Source of the DNA: Meyerozyma guilliermondii
Lineage: Eukaryota
DNA length: 64,000 nt
Direction of reading: 5' to 3'
Assembly: GCA_051546255.1 (NCBI GenBank)
Contig: CP128816.1
Span: 1,860,001-1,924,000, forward strand
Shown: positions 53,965 through 64,000 of the stretch, one piece after another
Numbering within the stretch: position 1 is the first letter of the stretch
How the letters are laid out: each line of letters begins with the position of its first letter
The notes under the pieces: model-generated
Databases searched by the model: none
Told to the model about the DNA's origin: nothing
Seen by the model: the letters and a program-made list of their open reading frames with translations, nothing else
Program-made: the position numbers and the translations under genes

Positions 53965-54303
53965 GGTTCAAAAAATTCGTATAAATAGCTACGCTATAGT
54001 TAAGGTGGTTCACGCCGCAGTATCGAAGTTTGGAGGGTGCAGGCACAAACAGTAGTGTATATCTAGCTAAGGAAAAAGCCAGAAATCAAGCAGGGCCAGG
54101 TTTAGGAACAGGAAAAACAAATGGCAATTATGCGCAGCAAACGGTCGCTAATTGGAACTTTCGTGGACGTGGTGAAAACTGTCACCACCAGACGCGGTGC
54201 ATGGATGTCATGCTCCATTTGGGCCGAAATGGGGGTGCGAAGGGGGTGCCACCGCTTGTCGCCTGTGCGAAAACAAAATCATGCGGGAGGAACGCCGCCC
54301 AGT

Positions 54304-55500
54304 CTACGAGCGCCGCACTCCTCCATGCCGGAACAGCAGGTTAAATCCTAAAAGCTCATTAATGTCTTTCGTCCAATCGTGTCTGCTGCGGGCGATGCAC
54401 CAAAGACCGGACCGCTGACTTGGTTCGATAGAGATGTGTATTTCGTCTCCGTGACGAAGTTCAGGTTGTGGAATACCGTCAATGTTGAGCATTATACCAC
54501 TATTGCGACTTCCATCGGTGAGCCTCATCATCACTTTGTAGGTTTCCGGGATGATTACGGGACGAAACAGCAACGACCGAGGACAGATGGGTGTTAGGAG
54601 GATACACGGCACGGACGGATGGACAATTGACCCACCGGCAGAGAGCGAGTAGGCTGTAGAACCCGTAGGCGATGAGCACAGAATTCCATCTCCGGTGGTG
54701 GTGGTGAAAAATTCATCGTTTAGGTAAACGTCTAAAGAGGTAAGATTGGGCTGTCCTCCACGATGAAGACTGATGTCGTTCATAGCATGGATCATGATAT
54801 GAGGATGACCATTGCTATCTTTGGCCTGATTTTCCGATTCATCGACATGGCCCGATTTGCGTTTAACAACACATTGAAGTCGCTTTCGATGTAAGGCAAA
54901 TGTTTTGTTGTCGTGCACGGCTCTAAACGTTTCCTTGTAGGTCTTGAAGTCAAATGGAAGAAGAAACCCGAGATTCCCCAATGCAAAACTAAGTAATGGT
55001 GGTACTTTTTCGTTTGAGAATGAACTCACCGCTCTCAATATAGTACCGTCTCCACCCAACGTTACTATAAGATCAGTCTTGTCAATGATTTCAGAGAGCG
55101 AACCAGTGTATAGTGTCTGGTTATACTTGTGAGAAATGTCCATTTTACTGGCAATTTGATTCCATGCTGGTACTTCTTGCAGTAATTCTTCCACCACAGA
55201 CTCGCCAACAATCACATTTAAATGGGGATACTCTCCATGGATATGGTGGATGAACTCGATCATGGCATCCCTCACCGACGGATTCCATGGCTTTTTGACT
55301 AAATATATGTTTCTAAGGCCCGGATTCCATTCTACAGGCACCAACCCAGGTTTGATGGCTCCAATTCCGTCCTGACGAGAAACCAATTCCGTACAAGAAC
55401 GCACGTTGAACGGTCGGCTGAAGTACCTCTGAGCAGATATTTGGAACCTGGGTAGGAACTTGGGCTTGAAAATGAATGTGTGGACCCGAAATTGAAACAT
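54304..55500 (-). CDS. POS5: Mitochondrial NADH kinase
   Basis: LGGDGTIL, AMND, TPTGST-like SSPTGSTAYSLSAGG; Arg/Phe-rich presequence. Confidence 0.92.
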   Translation of the reverse strand: MFQFRVHTFIFKPKFLPRFQISAQRYFSRPFNVRSCTELVSRQDGIGAIKPGLVPVEWNPGLRNIYLVKKPWNPSVRDAMIEFIHHIHGEYPHLNVIVGESVVEELLQEVPAWNQIASKMDISHKYNQTLYTGSLSEIIDKTDLIVTLGGDGTILRAVSSFSNEKVPPLLSFALGNLGFLLPFDFKTYKETFRAVHDNKTFALHRKRLQCVVKRKSGHVDESENQAKDSNGHPHIMIHAMNDISLHRGGQPNLTSLDVYLNDEFFTTTTGDGILCSSPTGSTAYSLSAGGSIVHPSVPCILLTPICPRSLLFRPVIIPETYKVMMRLTDGSRNSGIMLNIDGIPQPELRHGDEIHISIEPSQRSGLWCIARSRHDWTKDINELLGFNLLFRHGGVRRS

Positions 55501-55574
55501 ATGGCTTTCTGATGGGTATCGGAGATATGACTCTAAATAGCGGTATGCAGGTCACACGGCTGTTCTCCGCTGCC

Positions 55575-55630
55575 GTTCACATTGGACTACATTCTGGCAC
55601 TTCAGGTTCACATTGGACTACACTCTGACA
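55575..55630. repeat. Imperfect direct repeat (31-bp period) between the RPD3 stop and the POS5 start
   Basis: GTTCACATTGGACTACA(T/C)TCTG(G/A)CA at 55575 and 55606. Confidence 0.85.
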
Positions 55631-55668
55631 ATCGTTCTTATCTGCTTCTATTCTTATCGTAAATTACA

Positions 55669-57192
55669 CTAATCTTCCTTTTTATCGGCCTCCTGGTTGA
55701 GTTCTTCAATCGCTTTCATTTCTTCGTCGGTGAGAGATAATTTATCGGTTTCTTGGTTGCCGGTTTCGTTTTGGTTTCCATGGTTACTGTTACCGTTTTG
55801 ACTGCCGTTGCTACCATTTGGATTTCCGTTTTGGTCAGCTTTTTCCCCGTTCGTTTGTGTGACCTCATCTATATTACGCACAGGTTCTCGGTCATCGTAA
55901 TGTTCTCCAGGCGCAACAACCATTTCATCTCGTGCTTGTTGCGATCCTCCTTTAGTGTCGTAGGCCTCGGGTGTATCCTCATCCACATCGCCCAAGTCTT
56001 CTGGGTCATGCGGGGTGTAATTCATTTGGACAGATGGGGCATGTTTGGTGTTGTCAAAGTTGGAGATGATATAGGTGAGAATTTTGTTCAAGAATTCGGG
56101 AGAGTTGGCGTTGTACATATTGGATGGACGGACATCCAACTTGTAGTCTGGACCGTAGTACTCGTAGTACTCGTTATAAGGAAGCTCCAGTGGAAGAACC
56201 ACGTTATTCAATAATCCTGCTTCGAATGCCCATGTTCTGGCAACATTACGCATGGTATAGCCTCCTCCACCAACCACCATCATGGGGATGTTAAACGACT
56301 TGACAAAGTTGATACAGTTGGCGTGCCCTGCCATTGAAAGATTGAAGCATCCAAGTCTATCACCACTCAAAGAGTCACCTCCACATTGCAAAACCACGCA
56401 TGAAGGTTGGTACCACTCCATGATTTTTTGGATAACCGGTTCGAAAATCGACTTGTAAGACAGGTCGTCGATTCCATCACGCAATGGAACATTGATAGCA
56501 TGGTACTTTCCCTTTCCAATACCAACATCGCGAAGTTCTCCAGTACCAGGGAAGAATTCTCCATACTTGTGAAAAGATGCCGTCATCACTCTATCGGTAG
56601 TATAAAACGCTTCTTCCACTCCATCTCCATGGTGCACATCGATATCGATATACAAAACCCGGGGATGGTACCTAAGCAATTCTATGATACCAAGAACGAT
56701 ATCGTTGAGGTAACAGAAACCAGATGCCTCCAGCTTTTTGGCATGGTGTAAACCACCAGCATAATTGATGGCAATATCACACTTTCCTCGGTTCAACCGT
56801 GCTGCTCCTTCCATCAGTCCGCCTCCACTAATCCCACAATACTCAAATAATCCATCAAACACTGGACAGTCATCTCCAACATTGAACTTGATTTGCTCTT
56901 TTGCAAACATATCAAGGTTGTCAGGTGTCACTCTGCTCAAGAAATCAATATACTCATCGGTGTGGAACTGGCACATTTCCTGCTTGGTTGCTGGTTTTGC
57001 CCGGTAAATTTCCATCTTTTTATACAATCCATAGTTCATAATCAACGAGTGAGCCATTCTTATTCTATGAGGTTTCATGGGGTGCCCAGCACCATAGGCG
57101 TAGTTTCCCACGTCTGCATCATAAAAGTAGGCCACACGCTTCTTCTGAGACTCGTCAACCTTGATTTCGTCGAATGGGAGCTGAGAATACAT
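55669..57192 (-). CDS. RPD3: Class I histone deacetylase, Rpd3 family (probably the RPD31-type paralog)
   Basis: [36 protein letters not shown]; first ATG 57192. Confidence 0.95.
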   Translation of the reverse strand: MYSQLPFDEIKVDESQKKRVAYFYDADVGNYAYGAGHPMKPHRIRMAHSLIMNYGLYKKMEIYRAKPATKQEMCQFHTDEYIDFLSRVTPDNLDMFAKEQIKFNVGDDCPVFDGLFEYCGISGGGLMEGAARLNRGKCDIAINYAGGLHHAKKLEASGFCYLNDIVLGIIELLRYHPRVLYIDIDVHHGDGVEEAFYTTDRVMTASFHKYGEFFPGTGELRDVGIGKGKYHAINVPLRDGIDDLSYKSIFEPVIQKIMEWYQPSCVVLQCGGDSLSGDRLGCFNLSMAGHANCINFVKSFNIPMMVVGGGGYTMRNVARTWAFEAGLLNNVVLPLELPYNEYYEYYGPDYKLDVRPSNMYNANSPEFLNKILTYIISNFDNTKHAPSVQMNYTPHDPEDLGDVDEDTPEAYDTKGGSQQARDEMVVAPGEHYDDREPVRNIDEVTQTNGEKADQNGNPNGSNGSQNGNSNHGNQNETGNQETDKLSLTDEEMKAIEELNQEADKKED

Positions 57193-57311
57193 ACTGAAGG
57201 AAGTGAGGGTGGAGATAAAAAAGTTGGCGGATGGCCGGTGCACGGGTGCACGAGGTGACGAGAAGAAGTATATACTTAAAATTGTCTTTTTGTTGTTATG
57301 AAGTGTCGTAG

Positions 57312-58484
57312 CTATCGTTCCTGTTCTCGTTCCCTTTGTACTTTTCTCTTGTATTCCGCCAATTGCTGGTTTAAGCGATACTGAAGTTGGGCATTATTGT
57401 ACCATTTTTCGTATGCCTCCTCGTTAATGGGGAAATTGAGTCCATTGTGGTCTTCGGAGTATCTGTCGGTGACAGAGACTGGGAGTATCCAGGTAAACCA
57501 TGATGGCCCCATAACTGCCTTCCAATTGTTCATCGTGCCCAAGTCGAAGATATTATCGAGTTTCTTCTGCTTACCGCTAGAGTCGAATTCGTACTGAAAT
57601 CCCCCAGACGGTCCTTCGTTGGTTCTATTCCATCGAGACTCCTGGAACTCGATTGTAGTTCGGTTTTTAAATACAAAGTATACCAGAATCAGCATGAAGA
57701 TACCAATGGCTATGGCGATTGCAGTACTCACGACGAATAAAAACACAAGATTGAGGCTTAGATACCCCTCGCTATACTTTTCGTCAACAAAGAACTTCCA
57801 CAACACCGAGAGTGACACAGCACTAAGAAATGAAGCATACACTGTGACGTATATGATCAGCTGAATGAAGTACTTCTGGTTGTAATATCCAATACATGTT
57901 GCAAACCACGGACAATGGTGATCCATACGAAGCACACACCGATTGCAAGAAGAGCAATGGTGGCATCTATCAGGTTTCCACACACTACACTTGACACAAT
58001 AACGGTAGGCGGTTGGAGAGTTTCCAGAAACGCTCAAACCTGGTGGATTCAGTCCAGTATTGAATGTGTGGACTTTGAGAAATTCAGGAGGTACGACCAT
58101 ATTCCGGTTGTATTCAGAGTCCGCTGTAGTACCCCGCAAGTCATCTTGTTCTGAATACGGGTTTTCTGGTCGATAAGATGGACGCTTCAAAGAAGATATA
58201 TCATCAATTCTGAGCTCCTCAAAGTCGAGCGGTGAGCCACCACCTGATAATACTACCATGTAGTACAAGTACAAACACATTCCACAAAGAATAGCCGCTA
58301 TAAGGCCCAAAAAGAGTCCGAGTATTGTCTTGTGTCTAGTCAAAATGTAGTCATAGTAGACGATATCGAGTTCCAAGACATATAAGGTCCATACCGACAA
58401 GACCGTGCACACTATTTTCGGAAAAAGTGACACCAAAGCACAACAAATGTTGCCGGGCAGCATCCAAGGCCGTCGCAATAACAT
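57312..58484 (-). CDS. PFA3: DHHC palmitoyltransferase
   Basis: [36 protein letters not shown] motifs; four TM segments. Confidence 0.88.
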   Translation of the reverse strand: MLLRRPWMLPGNICCALVSLFPKIVCTVLSVWTLYVLELDIVYYDYILTRHKTILGLFLGLIAAILCGMCLYLYYMVVLSGGGSPLDFEELRIDDISSLKRPSYRPENPYSEQDDLRGTTADSEYNRNMVVPPEFLKVHTFNTGLNPPGLSVSGNSPTAYRYCVKCSVWKPDRCHHCSSCNRCVLRMDHHCPWFATCIGYYNQKYFIQLIIYVTVYASFLSAVSLSVLWKFFVDEKYSEGYLSLNLVFLFVVSTAIAIAIGIFMLILVYFVFKNRTTIEFQESRWNRTNEGPSGGFQYEFDSSGKQKKLDNIFDLGTMNNWKAVMGPSWFTWILPVSVTDRYSEDHNGLNFPINEEAYEKWYNNAQLQYRLNQQLAEYKRKVQREREQER

Positions 58485-58607
58485 TGTTACTGGAGGCGGC
58501 TCAGAATCTTGAATTTAGACGTGTGGGTGTACGGGTGTGGTTCTATGAAGATATGCTTAAGAGTTGGGTCTATGGATATGCAATTGGTAGGTATGAAAAT
58601 CGAGTTT

Positions 58608-59666
58608 TCATTGTGATTTCTTCTCCTTCTCTGTCTGCGCTGCCTTTTTGCTTTTTTCCAGACTGCTCATCCATGCCTCATAGCCAATGCCCATGAATAC
58701 TAGCAGCACTCCGGTCCATTGAGTAGGTGATAAAACATGGCCAAACAAAACCACACTGAGCATCATGCTGATCATTTTTCTTGTCACAGTAGCTGTGATG
58801 AGGATGAGCGAGTCAAAACGCTCGAGAATGATAAACACGAAAACTTGACCCAATGCGCCCAACAAGCCAAACTGGACAACATGCATAATTACCTGAGGAT
58901 AATGCTTAGCAAAGTTGTATGTGTATGCAATTTCGCTGTCGAACCTAAAGAGGGCCGTGAAAGCAAGCGAATTTATAAAGATGAAGGCGTTCAAGATACA
59001 CATTAGCCTGGCGCCGGTGAGCTTGACTTTAGGCTTAGCGGTATTCGCCCATTTAAAGAGCTGATCCTGGCTTGAGTTTGTTAGCCCGTCCAACACCATT
59101 GATGCCACGAGCTGGAAAAGCCCCAATGCTGTGTTTCCGTCGTTCATGCTGACTTTTTCGGGCCGCAAAGAGTTGGCAAATGTGAACACCACCACCCCCA
59201 ACGTCACGGCACCAGCAACAACATATTTGTAGAAGGGGAATTTGGTCTGGTACAAAACCAGGTGAACCAAAATGACTGGTATGAGCTTGCAAGATTTGGC
59301 TAACAAAAACGCCAAATAATCGACATGTTTGAGCAGCTGGTATGCTACTGGTGATGAAATACTCAGGGTCAATGAAAGGATGAAAAGAGACCTCAAGTAC
59401 ACGGAAGAATGCTTCTTCTCGTTCCTGGTGAAGATGGTGAAAGGACTTGACTTGGAACTTATGACGGAATATACGAAACCAACAATACTGGCGAAAAGTG
59501 CTTGAACAGTGTTGATGATCAATGGTGATTTATAGAAATCAGGATGGCCGGTAGAGGGATTATTTCCATATGGTTTGGTATTGATTCTCTCTTGGAGCAC
59601 GGACCAAGAAAGAAACGACCCATAAAGTCCCAATACACACCCAAGTAGAACTGTGACTTGTTTCAT
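58608..59666 (-). CDS. HUT1: UDP-galactose transporter homolog (ER)
   Basis: LQERI, LAKSCKLIPV, LDGLTN..QD, TVTRKM; C-terminal KKxx. Confidence 0.92.
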   Translation of the reverse strand: MKQVTVLLGCVLGLYGSFLSWSVLQERINTKPYGNNPSTGHPDFYKSPLIINTVQALFASIVGFVYSVISSKSSPFTIFTRNEKKHSSVYLRSLFILSLTLSISSPVAYQLLKHVDYLAFLLAKSCKLIPVILVHLVLYQTKFPFYKYVVAGAVTLGVVVFTFANSLRPEKVSMNDGNTALGLFQLVASMVLDGLTNSSQDQLFKWANTAKPKVKLTGARLMCILNAFIFINSLAFTALFRFDSEIAYTYNFAKHYPQVIMHVVQFGLLGALGQVFVFIILERFDSLILITATVTRKMISMMLSVVLFGHVLSPTQWTGVLLVFMGIGYEAWMSSLEKSKKAAQTEKEKKSQ

Positions 59667-59788
59667 TGTAGCGTGCGAAAGAATAAGATTTCAATGAAAG
59701 AATTAAAATATATGTGAGAAATGAGATTATCGTGAAAATATTACGCACTCGTACATTATACACATTATGGCCCATCGGCCGAGGTATA

Positions 59789-61453
59789 TCATCTGCCCCC
59801 GAAGAAGCCAAATAGTCCACGCTTCTTGCTATCTTCATCATTCATCGTGACTTCTGTGGGGGCCAGTTTGTCACTGGCAGAGTCGTAGCCTATGTAATTG
59901 AACGCAATGTCAAAGAGCACCGGCTTGCTTAAAACAGGCGTTATGATCACGTCACGCTTGAGATTGACAGCATTAGTATGATCTGAGTACTCGTAGATAT
60001 TGTCAGTGCCGTATTTGTTGGTCTTGGTTTGCTGGAACTGGGCCAAAACCTGGGCTTGAGTAACCCGACGATTGACAACTTGAACAAACTCCTCGTAATC
60101 AGAATTGCTGGTTACTTCGTAGGGGAACTCTGAAATTGGGTAGGAGCCTGTTGGGTCGAGCGATTTTTGAACGTGGGAGTAGATCGCCAAGGCTTCTGGA
60201 GACTTTCCACTGTAATTAAAAGCATCTCCCAAAGTAACTATTTTCTTAGCCTCGAAAAATTGTTCCAATCTCTCCAAGCTTTTATAAAGATCTTCATCGT
60301 TGTACACACCAGGCAAGTCCTTGATTTCACCCGTGACACGGAGTACGTTGGAAAACAAACGATGAATATCTTTATAGGTTTCCAAGTAACCGTAGTTTCT
60401 GTCACCAAGTTCTTTGATGAGTAACAAGTCTCGTTTGATGGTGGTGAACAACAAGTTGTAATTAATATAGGTGAGTACAATAGCCCTATTTTGCGCCTCT
60501 TCCATATCGTCTTCATCATGGGCTTTTTCAGTGTCGGCTTTATGAAGATCCAATGCGCTACTCCATCCGGTAATGAAGGCGTCATAGCTGTCAGCAGACA
60601 GGAAATCTTTCCAGCTATCATCTTGTGTCAAATCCATAATTTTGAGTGATAATTCATCGTTGTACAAAGTAGCTTCATGGTCTCTCCATGAAACAGATTT
60701 GATGAGATTTACTTCTGAGGTGATGTCAGAAACACACAGACTGTCCAAATCTTGAATGAGCGTGACAGCAGGAATTAAAAAGGATACAACATCGTCGTGG
60801 CAATGTTTGCGTGCAGCAGACTTCATGTCAGATACATTATGGCCCATTTGTGATATGGCAAAAGTCAACGATGGGTCGACTATAGAATCCATGATTTCCT
60901 CAATGGCAGCTCTCTCCAAGTTTGTTTGATCCCCGTGCAACAAAAAGTAGTCTAACCCACAACGAGCCACTGAATATGCATGGATCAGTGCCTCCCACTT
61001 CTTCTTGTTAAGCGAATAAAGTCCTTGCACCAAAGCACTATACACGAAAGTTTCCAACACTACCAGCTTGCGGCTTTCGTTGGAAATCACAGCAAGCAAA
61101 CGCTTACAATGAATCAAAGCCTTTTTGATTTTGCTGATCATCAATTGTCGGTAAGATGATAAGTTCTCATTACTAATTTCCATGGTGCTTTTGATCTCCG
61201 ACGAATACATAAGATCTCTCTCAGCTGTAAGTAGAAGCAAAAGCCCGTATCTAGCATCTTTTTCGTATGCTTCAGGCGTCACCTGGGACGTTTTATCTTT
61301 GAATTTTTTGGTATCTTTGGTGACTATTTTCAACTCATGGCGTAAACGTAAAAGTTTGCGATTAATTCTTTTTCTTTGTTTCTTGAAATCCTCTGCTGAA
61401 GTCAAATATGCATTCAACCGAGCACCAATGGTATCGCCAAGTGGTGAGTCCAT
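59789..61453 (-). CDS. SRP68: Signal recognition particle subunit Srp68
   Basis: LLLTAERDL, KPVLFDIAFNYI, C-terminal KRGLFGFFG; ATG 61453. Confidence 0.9.
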   Translation of the reverse strand: MDSPLGDTIGARLNAYLTSAEDFKKQRKRINRKLLRLRHELKIVTKDTKKFKDKTSQVTPEAYEKDARYGLLLLLTAERDLMYSSEIKSTMEISNENLSSYRQLMISKIKKALIHCKRLLAVISNESRKLVVLETFVYSALVQGLYSLNKKKWEALIHAYSVARCGLDYFLLHGDQTNLERAAIEEIMDSIVDPSLTFAISQMGHNVSDMKSAARKHCHDDVVSFLIPAVTLIQDLDSLCVSDITSEVNLIKSVSWRDHEATLYNDELSLKIMDLTQDDSWKDFLSADSYDAFITGWSSALDLHKADTEKAHDEDDMEEAQNRAIVLTYINYNLLFTTIKRDLLLIKELGDRNYGYLETYKDIHRLFSNVLRVTGEIKDLPGVYNDEDLYKSLERLEQFFEAKKIVTLGDAFNYSGKSPEALAIYSHVQKSLDPTGSYPISEFPYEVTSNSDYEEFVQVVNRRVTQAQVLAQFQQTKTNKYGTDNIYEYSDHTNAVNLKRDVIITPVLSKPVLFDIAFNYIGYDSASDKLAPTEVTMNDEDSKKRGLFGFFGGR

Positions 61454-61538
61454 GATACTTTGATGTCCAAAGGTCGACAAGTTCAGACTTTGAGCGAGGA
61501 ATGGTATGTACACGACTTGGAGGTTGGAAAAACAAAAA

Positions 61539-61611
61539 TGGACGAGTCCGGAGTCGAACCGGAGACCTTTCGCATGCTAAGCGAACGCGCTACCAACTAC
61601 GCCACACGCCC
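61539..61611 (-). tRNA. tRNA-Ala(AGC)
   Basis: GGGCGTGTGGCGTAGTTGGTAGCGCGTTCGCTTAGCATGCGAAAGGTCTCCGGTTCGACTCCGGACTCGTCCA followed by a T5 terminator. Confidence 0.98.
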
Positions 61612-61977
61612 TTTCTTCTTTTGGGAAGAAGATGCAAGGAGATAAGACGTGTAGTAGGTTGACGATTAAATGAAACTACATCCGCGTCAACGTTCTGATT
61701 TATAATGGTTTCGATGTAGCTTTTGGTTGATGAAAGATCTTTATTTGTAAGTGTTCAGTAAAAAGAATTTATAGTAGCGGACGTATGATTTTCAAGTTCA
61801 CTTTTTCGCAAAATTATACAAATTCGCGAAATAGCCTGCTAATACGAAGGGACAATAAGATATCACCAAAAAACCATACAGTTGTCAGGAAAACTACCTT
61901 ATCTCCTTAGGGCTGTTGCCAGCCATTTGTATTGTTAGTCGCTGTAATCGTGTTAAAAAACTGCAAAAAGGTAAGAA

Positions 61978-62051
61978 TGGTCCCTGGCGGGATCGAACCG
62001 CCGATCTTGGCGTTATTAGCACCACGCCTTAACCAACTGGGCCAAGGGACC
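61978..62051 (-). tRNA. tRNA-Ile(AAT)
   Basis: GGTCCCTTGGCCCAGTTGGTTAAGGCGTGGTGCTAATAACGCCAAGATCGGCGGTTCGATCCCGCCAGGGACCA; downstream T-runs. Confidence 0.98.
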
Positions 62052-62087
62052 TCTTCTGATGGAACTTCTCTAAAGTGCACCAAAGAG

Positions 62088-62930
62088 CTAGCCGGTTGAT
62101 TGTTCCTTGGTTTTCTTGGTTTTCTTGATTTCCTTGGTTCTCTTTGGACCCCGTTTCCATGCTCCCGGAGGTCTAAAATTGAATATTCCGGTACAGTTGG
62201 TGTATGGAACATAATCATCAGGTAATCTAGTATCATCTCTTTTTAGCATTCCTAATGCTTGATAGATTGAAACCGGTTTCCAATTTTTTTTTGACATGTG
62301 TTTGGTTTTGCTTCTCAAATCTTTAAAAAAATTGCTCCAAGCTTGATCTTCTAAATCCCAAGTTTGCTCCGTTTTTCTCAGCTGAACGGCAGCATCAAAG
62401 TCGCCTTTCATGTCGCTAATGTCCCACCTCTCCCGCCAGGGCGTCCAGCCCTCAGTGCCGTCATTGGGATACATAAACATGGTGCCCTTCGGTACGTTTT
62501 CGTGAGGGTAGGACAAATCTCTCAGCAGCTCAAAGTGAGCCGAATGTTCCTGGGTAAATGAATTAGTATCGGTGCTTGGAACCCTCGAAGAATTATAAGT
62601 TGGGTGGGATTCAGCAGATGGTAATGCTCCCATTGATTCCAAGGGAAAGTGGCTTTGCATGCCGTGAGTAGGTTCCATTGAGCTCGTAAAGTCATATAGG
62701 TATTCACAATGAAGGGATAAATCTACACTAGCAAGTTCTGCCGCTGTGGGTAACGATACTAGTCGTGGAGTTTGAGACTCCGGGTCTTGAGCATGTAAAA
62801 ACTCTAGTATTGGGTCTTGCTCTCCATTATTATCACCACCGCGCAGCCGACGCTGATCACCGAGATACTGCGGTCTGCTATTAATGGCTGCAACAAGCTC
62901 GTCGATATCATTATAAATTGGGAAGCTCAT
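62088..62930 (-). CDS. Hypothetical 280-aa protein, no family recognised
   Basis: ATG-initiated ORF filling an otherwise empty gap; Lys-rich C-terminus. Confidence 0.55.
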   Translation of the reverse strand: MSFPIYNDIDELVAAINSRPQYLGDQRRLRGGDNNGEQDPILEFLHAQDPESQTPRLVSLPTAAELASVDLSLHCEYLYDFTSSMEPTHGMQSHFPLESMGALPSAESHPTYNSSRVPSTDTNSFTQEHSAHFELLRDLSYPHENVPKGTMFMYPNDGTEGWTPWRERWDISDMKGDFDAAVQLRKTEQTWDLEDQAWSNFFKDLRSKTKHMSKKNWKPVSIYQALGMLKRDDTRLPDDYVPYTNCTGIFNFRPPGAWKRGPKRTKEIKKTKKTKEQSTG

Positions 62931-63226
62931 AAAAAATTACTCTCCTGCTTGTTACGATATACTCCTACATGACTGATATTGTGGAGCCAAGGTCAATATT
63001 AGCAGAACAGTTGGATATAGCCTACCAGCAGTACAAATTTCCAAATAGGAAAGTGGTTGCAACCGGTTAGGTGCAGGATATCAGGAGTAGGCCAAAAAAT
63101 TAGGGAAAGAGTAAGTAATATCTGCTGATCTTGAGAAATTAATGGCCATGGCTACCAAAATGACGTCCTGAGTACATTATATCTAGAACGTTTACAAAAA
63201 TGCACTATGTTCGTCAGCTTATTTGG

Positions 63227-63234
63227 TGACTCAT
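63227..63234 (+). promoter_or_regulatory. Gcn4 site upstream of the ILV1-like gene
   Basis: TGACTCAT, 63 bp before ATG 63298. Confidence 0.6.
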
Positions 63235-63297
63235 ATGCCATCCATACACCATCAACTATTTCAATGCTGCGCACTCATATTCTTCAGTGGTCCCACC

Positions 63298-64000
63298 ATG
63301 AATACAGTATGGAGTCGAAAGGTACCACAGAGGCTACCTCACAGCCTTAAAACCCTTCTTGTAAATAAGAGAGCCTTATGTCAGTCATTTCCAGTCTCTA
63401 ATAGTGCGGCAAAATTTCCTGAACTTCGTCCATCCGATCTTGATGCCGATGGTAACCCGGATTATATCAAATTGATTCTTACATCGAGGGTATACGATGT
63501 CGTGGAAGAGGGTGGACTGCCCATAACTCACGCTGTTAACCTCTCACAACGCTTTAACACCAATATCATTTTAAAGAGAGATGATCTTCTTCCGGTGTTC
63601 TCATTCAAGTTGAGAGGTGCCCATAATATGATTGCCAATCTTCAGGCCAATTCGAAAAAGCCATTGCCTGGCGTTATTGCGTGCTCTGCAGGAAACCATG
63701 CCCAAGGAGTTGCATATTCGTCTCATCGTCTTGGAATACTGGCTACAATAGTGATGCCTACCACCACACCTTCCATCAAATTCCGTAATGTTTCGAGGCT
63801 AGGTGCCCAAGTTGTCCTCTACGGTGATGATTTTGACGCCGCCAAGAAGGAATGTCTTCGTTTGGCATCTATCAATGGCTTAATTGACGTTCCCCCATTC
63901 AACCACCCATATGTCATTGCCGGCCAGGGCACCATAGCATTGGAGATTACACGCCAGTTGCGGCTCGACAAGTGTGATGCCGTATTCGTTCCCGTTGGAG
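63298..64000 (+). CDS. ILV1: Mitochondrial threonine dehydratase (Ilv1-like), 5' part, runs off the window
   Basis: Manual translation: [25 protein letters not shown] (PLP Lys), [29 protein letters not shown]; not in the ORF track. Confidence 0.9.
   Translation, partial: MNTVWSRKVPQRLPHSLKTLLVNKRALCQSFPVSNSAAKFPELRPSDLDADGNPDYIKLILTSRVYDVVEEGGLPITHAVNLSQRFNTNIILKRDDLLPVFSFKLRGAHNMIANLQANSKKPLPGVIACSAGNHAQGVAYSSHRLGILATIVMPTTTPSIKFRNVSRLGAQVVLYGDDFDAAKKECLRLASINGLIDVPPFNHPYVIAGQGTIALEITRQLRLDKCDAVFVPVG

Noticed and set aside
62835..62852. Ubiquitin-like RLRGG cleavage motif in the orphan ORF
   Set aside because: The Leu is a CTG codon, so the real sequence is RSRGG
61612..63200. Possible LTR or Ty3-like remnant near the tRNAs
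   Set aside because: I saw no TG...CA LTR pair, target-site duplication, PBS or gag/pol motif

Overview
Gene-dense chromosomal segment of a budding yeast of the CUG-Ser clade. CTG codons fall at conserved Ser positions, so the supplied standard-code translations are wrong at every CTG. A complex I subunit is present. Metschnikowiaceae (Candidozyma/Clavispora-like) is a guess only. The window holds about 33 protein genes, mostly conserved housekeeping, in this order: aspartic protease (3' part), YIP4, two tandem O-acetyltransferases, GCY1-like AKR, MDS3, Eis1-like, mitochondrial-type ADH, NOP13, OCA5, ENT4, 6-unit UBI4, ECM29, GCD2, DRS2, PRO2, MET8, MRS6, RPS12, AME1 (spliced), ERV14 (spliced), HRI1, NUD1, NGR1, a solitary variant histone H3, complex I PSST, SUS1, YSA1, a RING-CH membrane protein, CYC8, POS5, RPD3-family HDAC, PFA3, HUT1, SRP68, then tRNA-Ala(AGC), tRNA-Ile(AAT), an orphan ORF and the 5' part of an ILV1-like gene missing from the ORF track. 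I saw no transposon, CRISPR array or clearly new multi-gene system. The best leads are an acetyltransferase paralog that lost its catalytic His, a V31/T32/S80 H3 variant, a split RING-CH domain, a divergent ILV1-like gene, the tRNA-adjacent orphan, and very compressed promoters and 3' ends. Gene names come from recalled motifs and need confirmation by database search.
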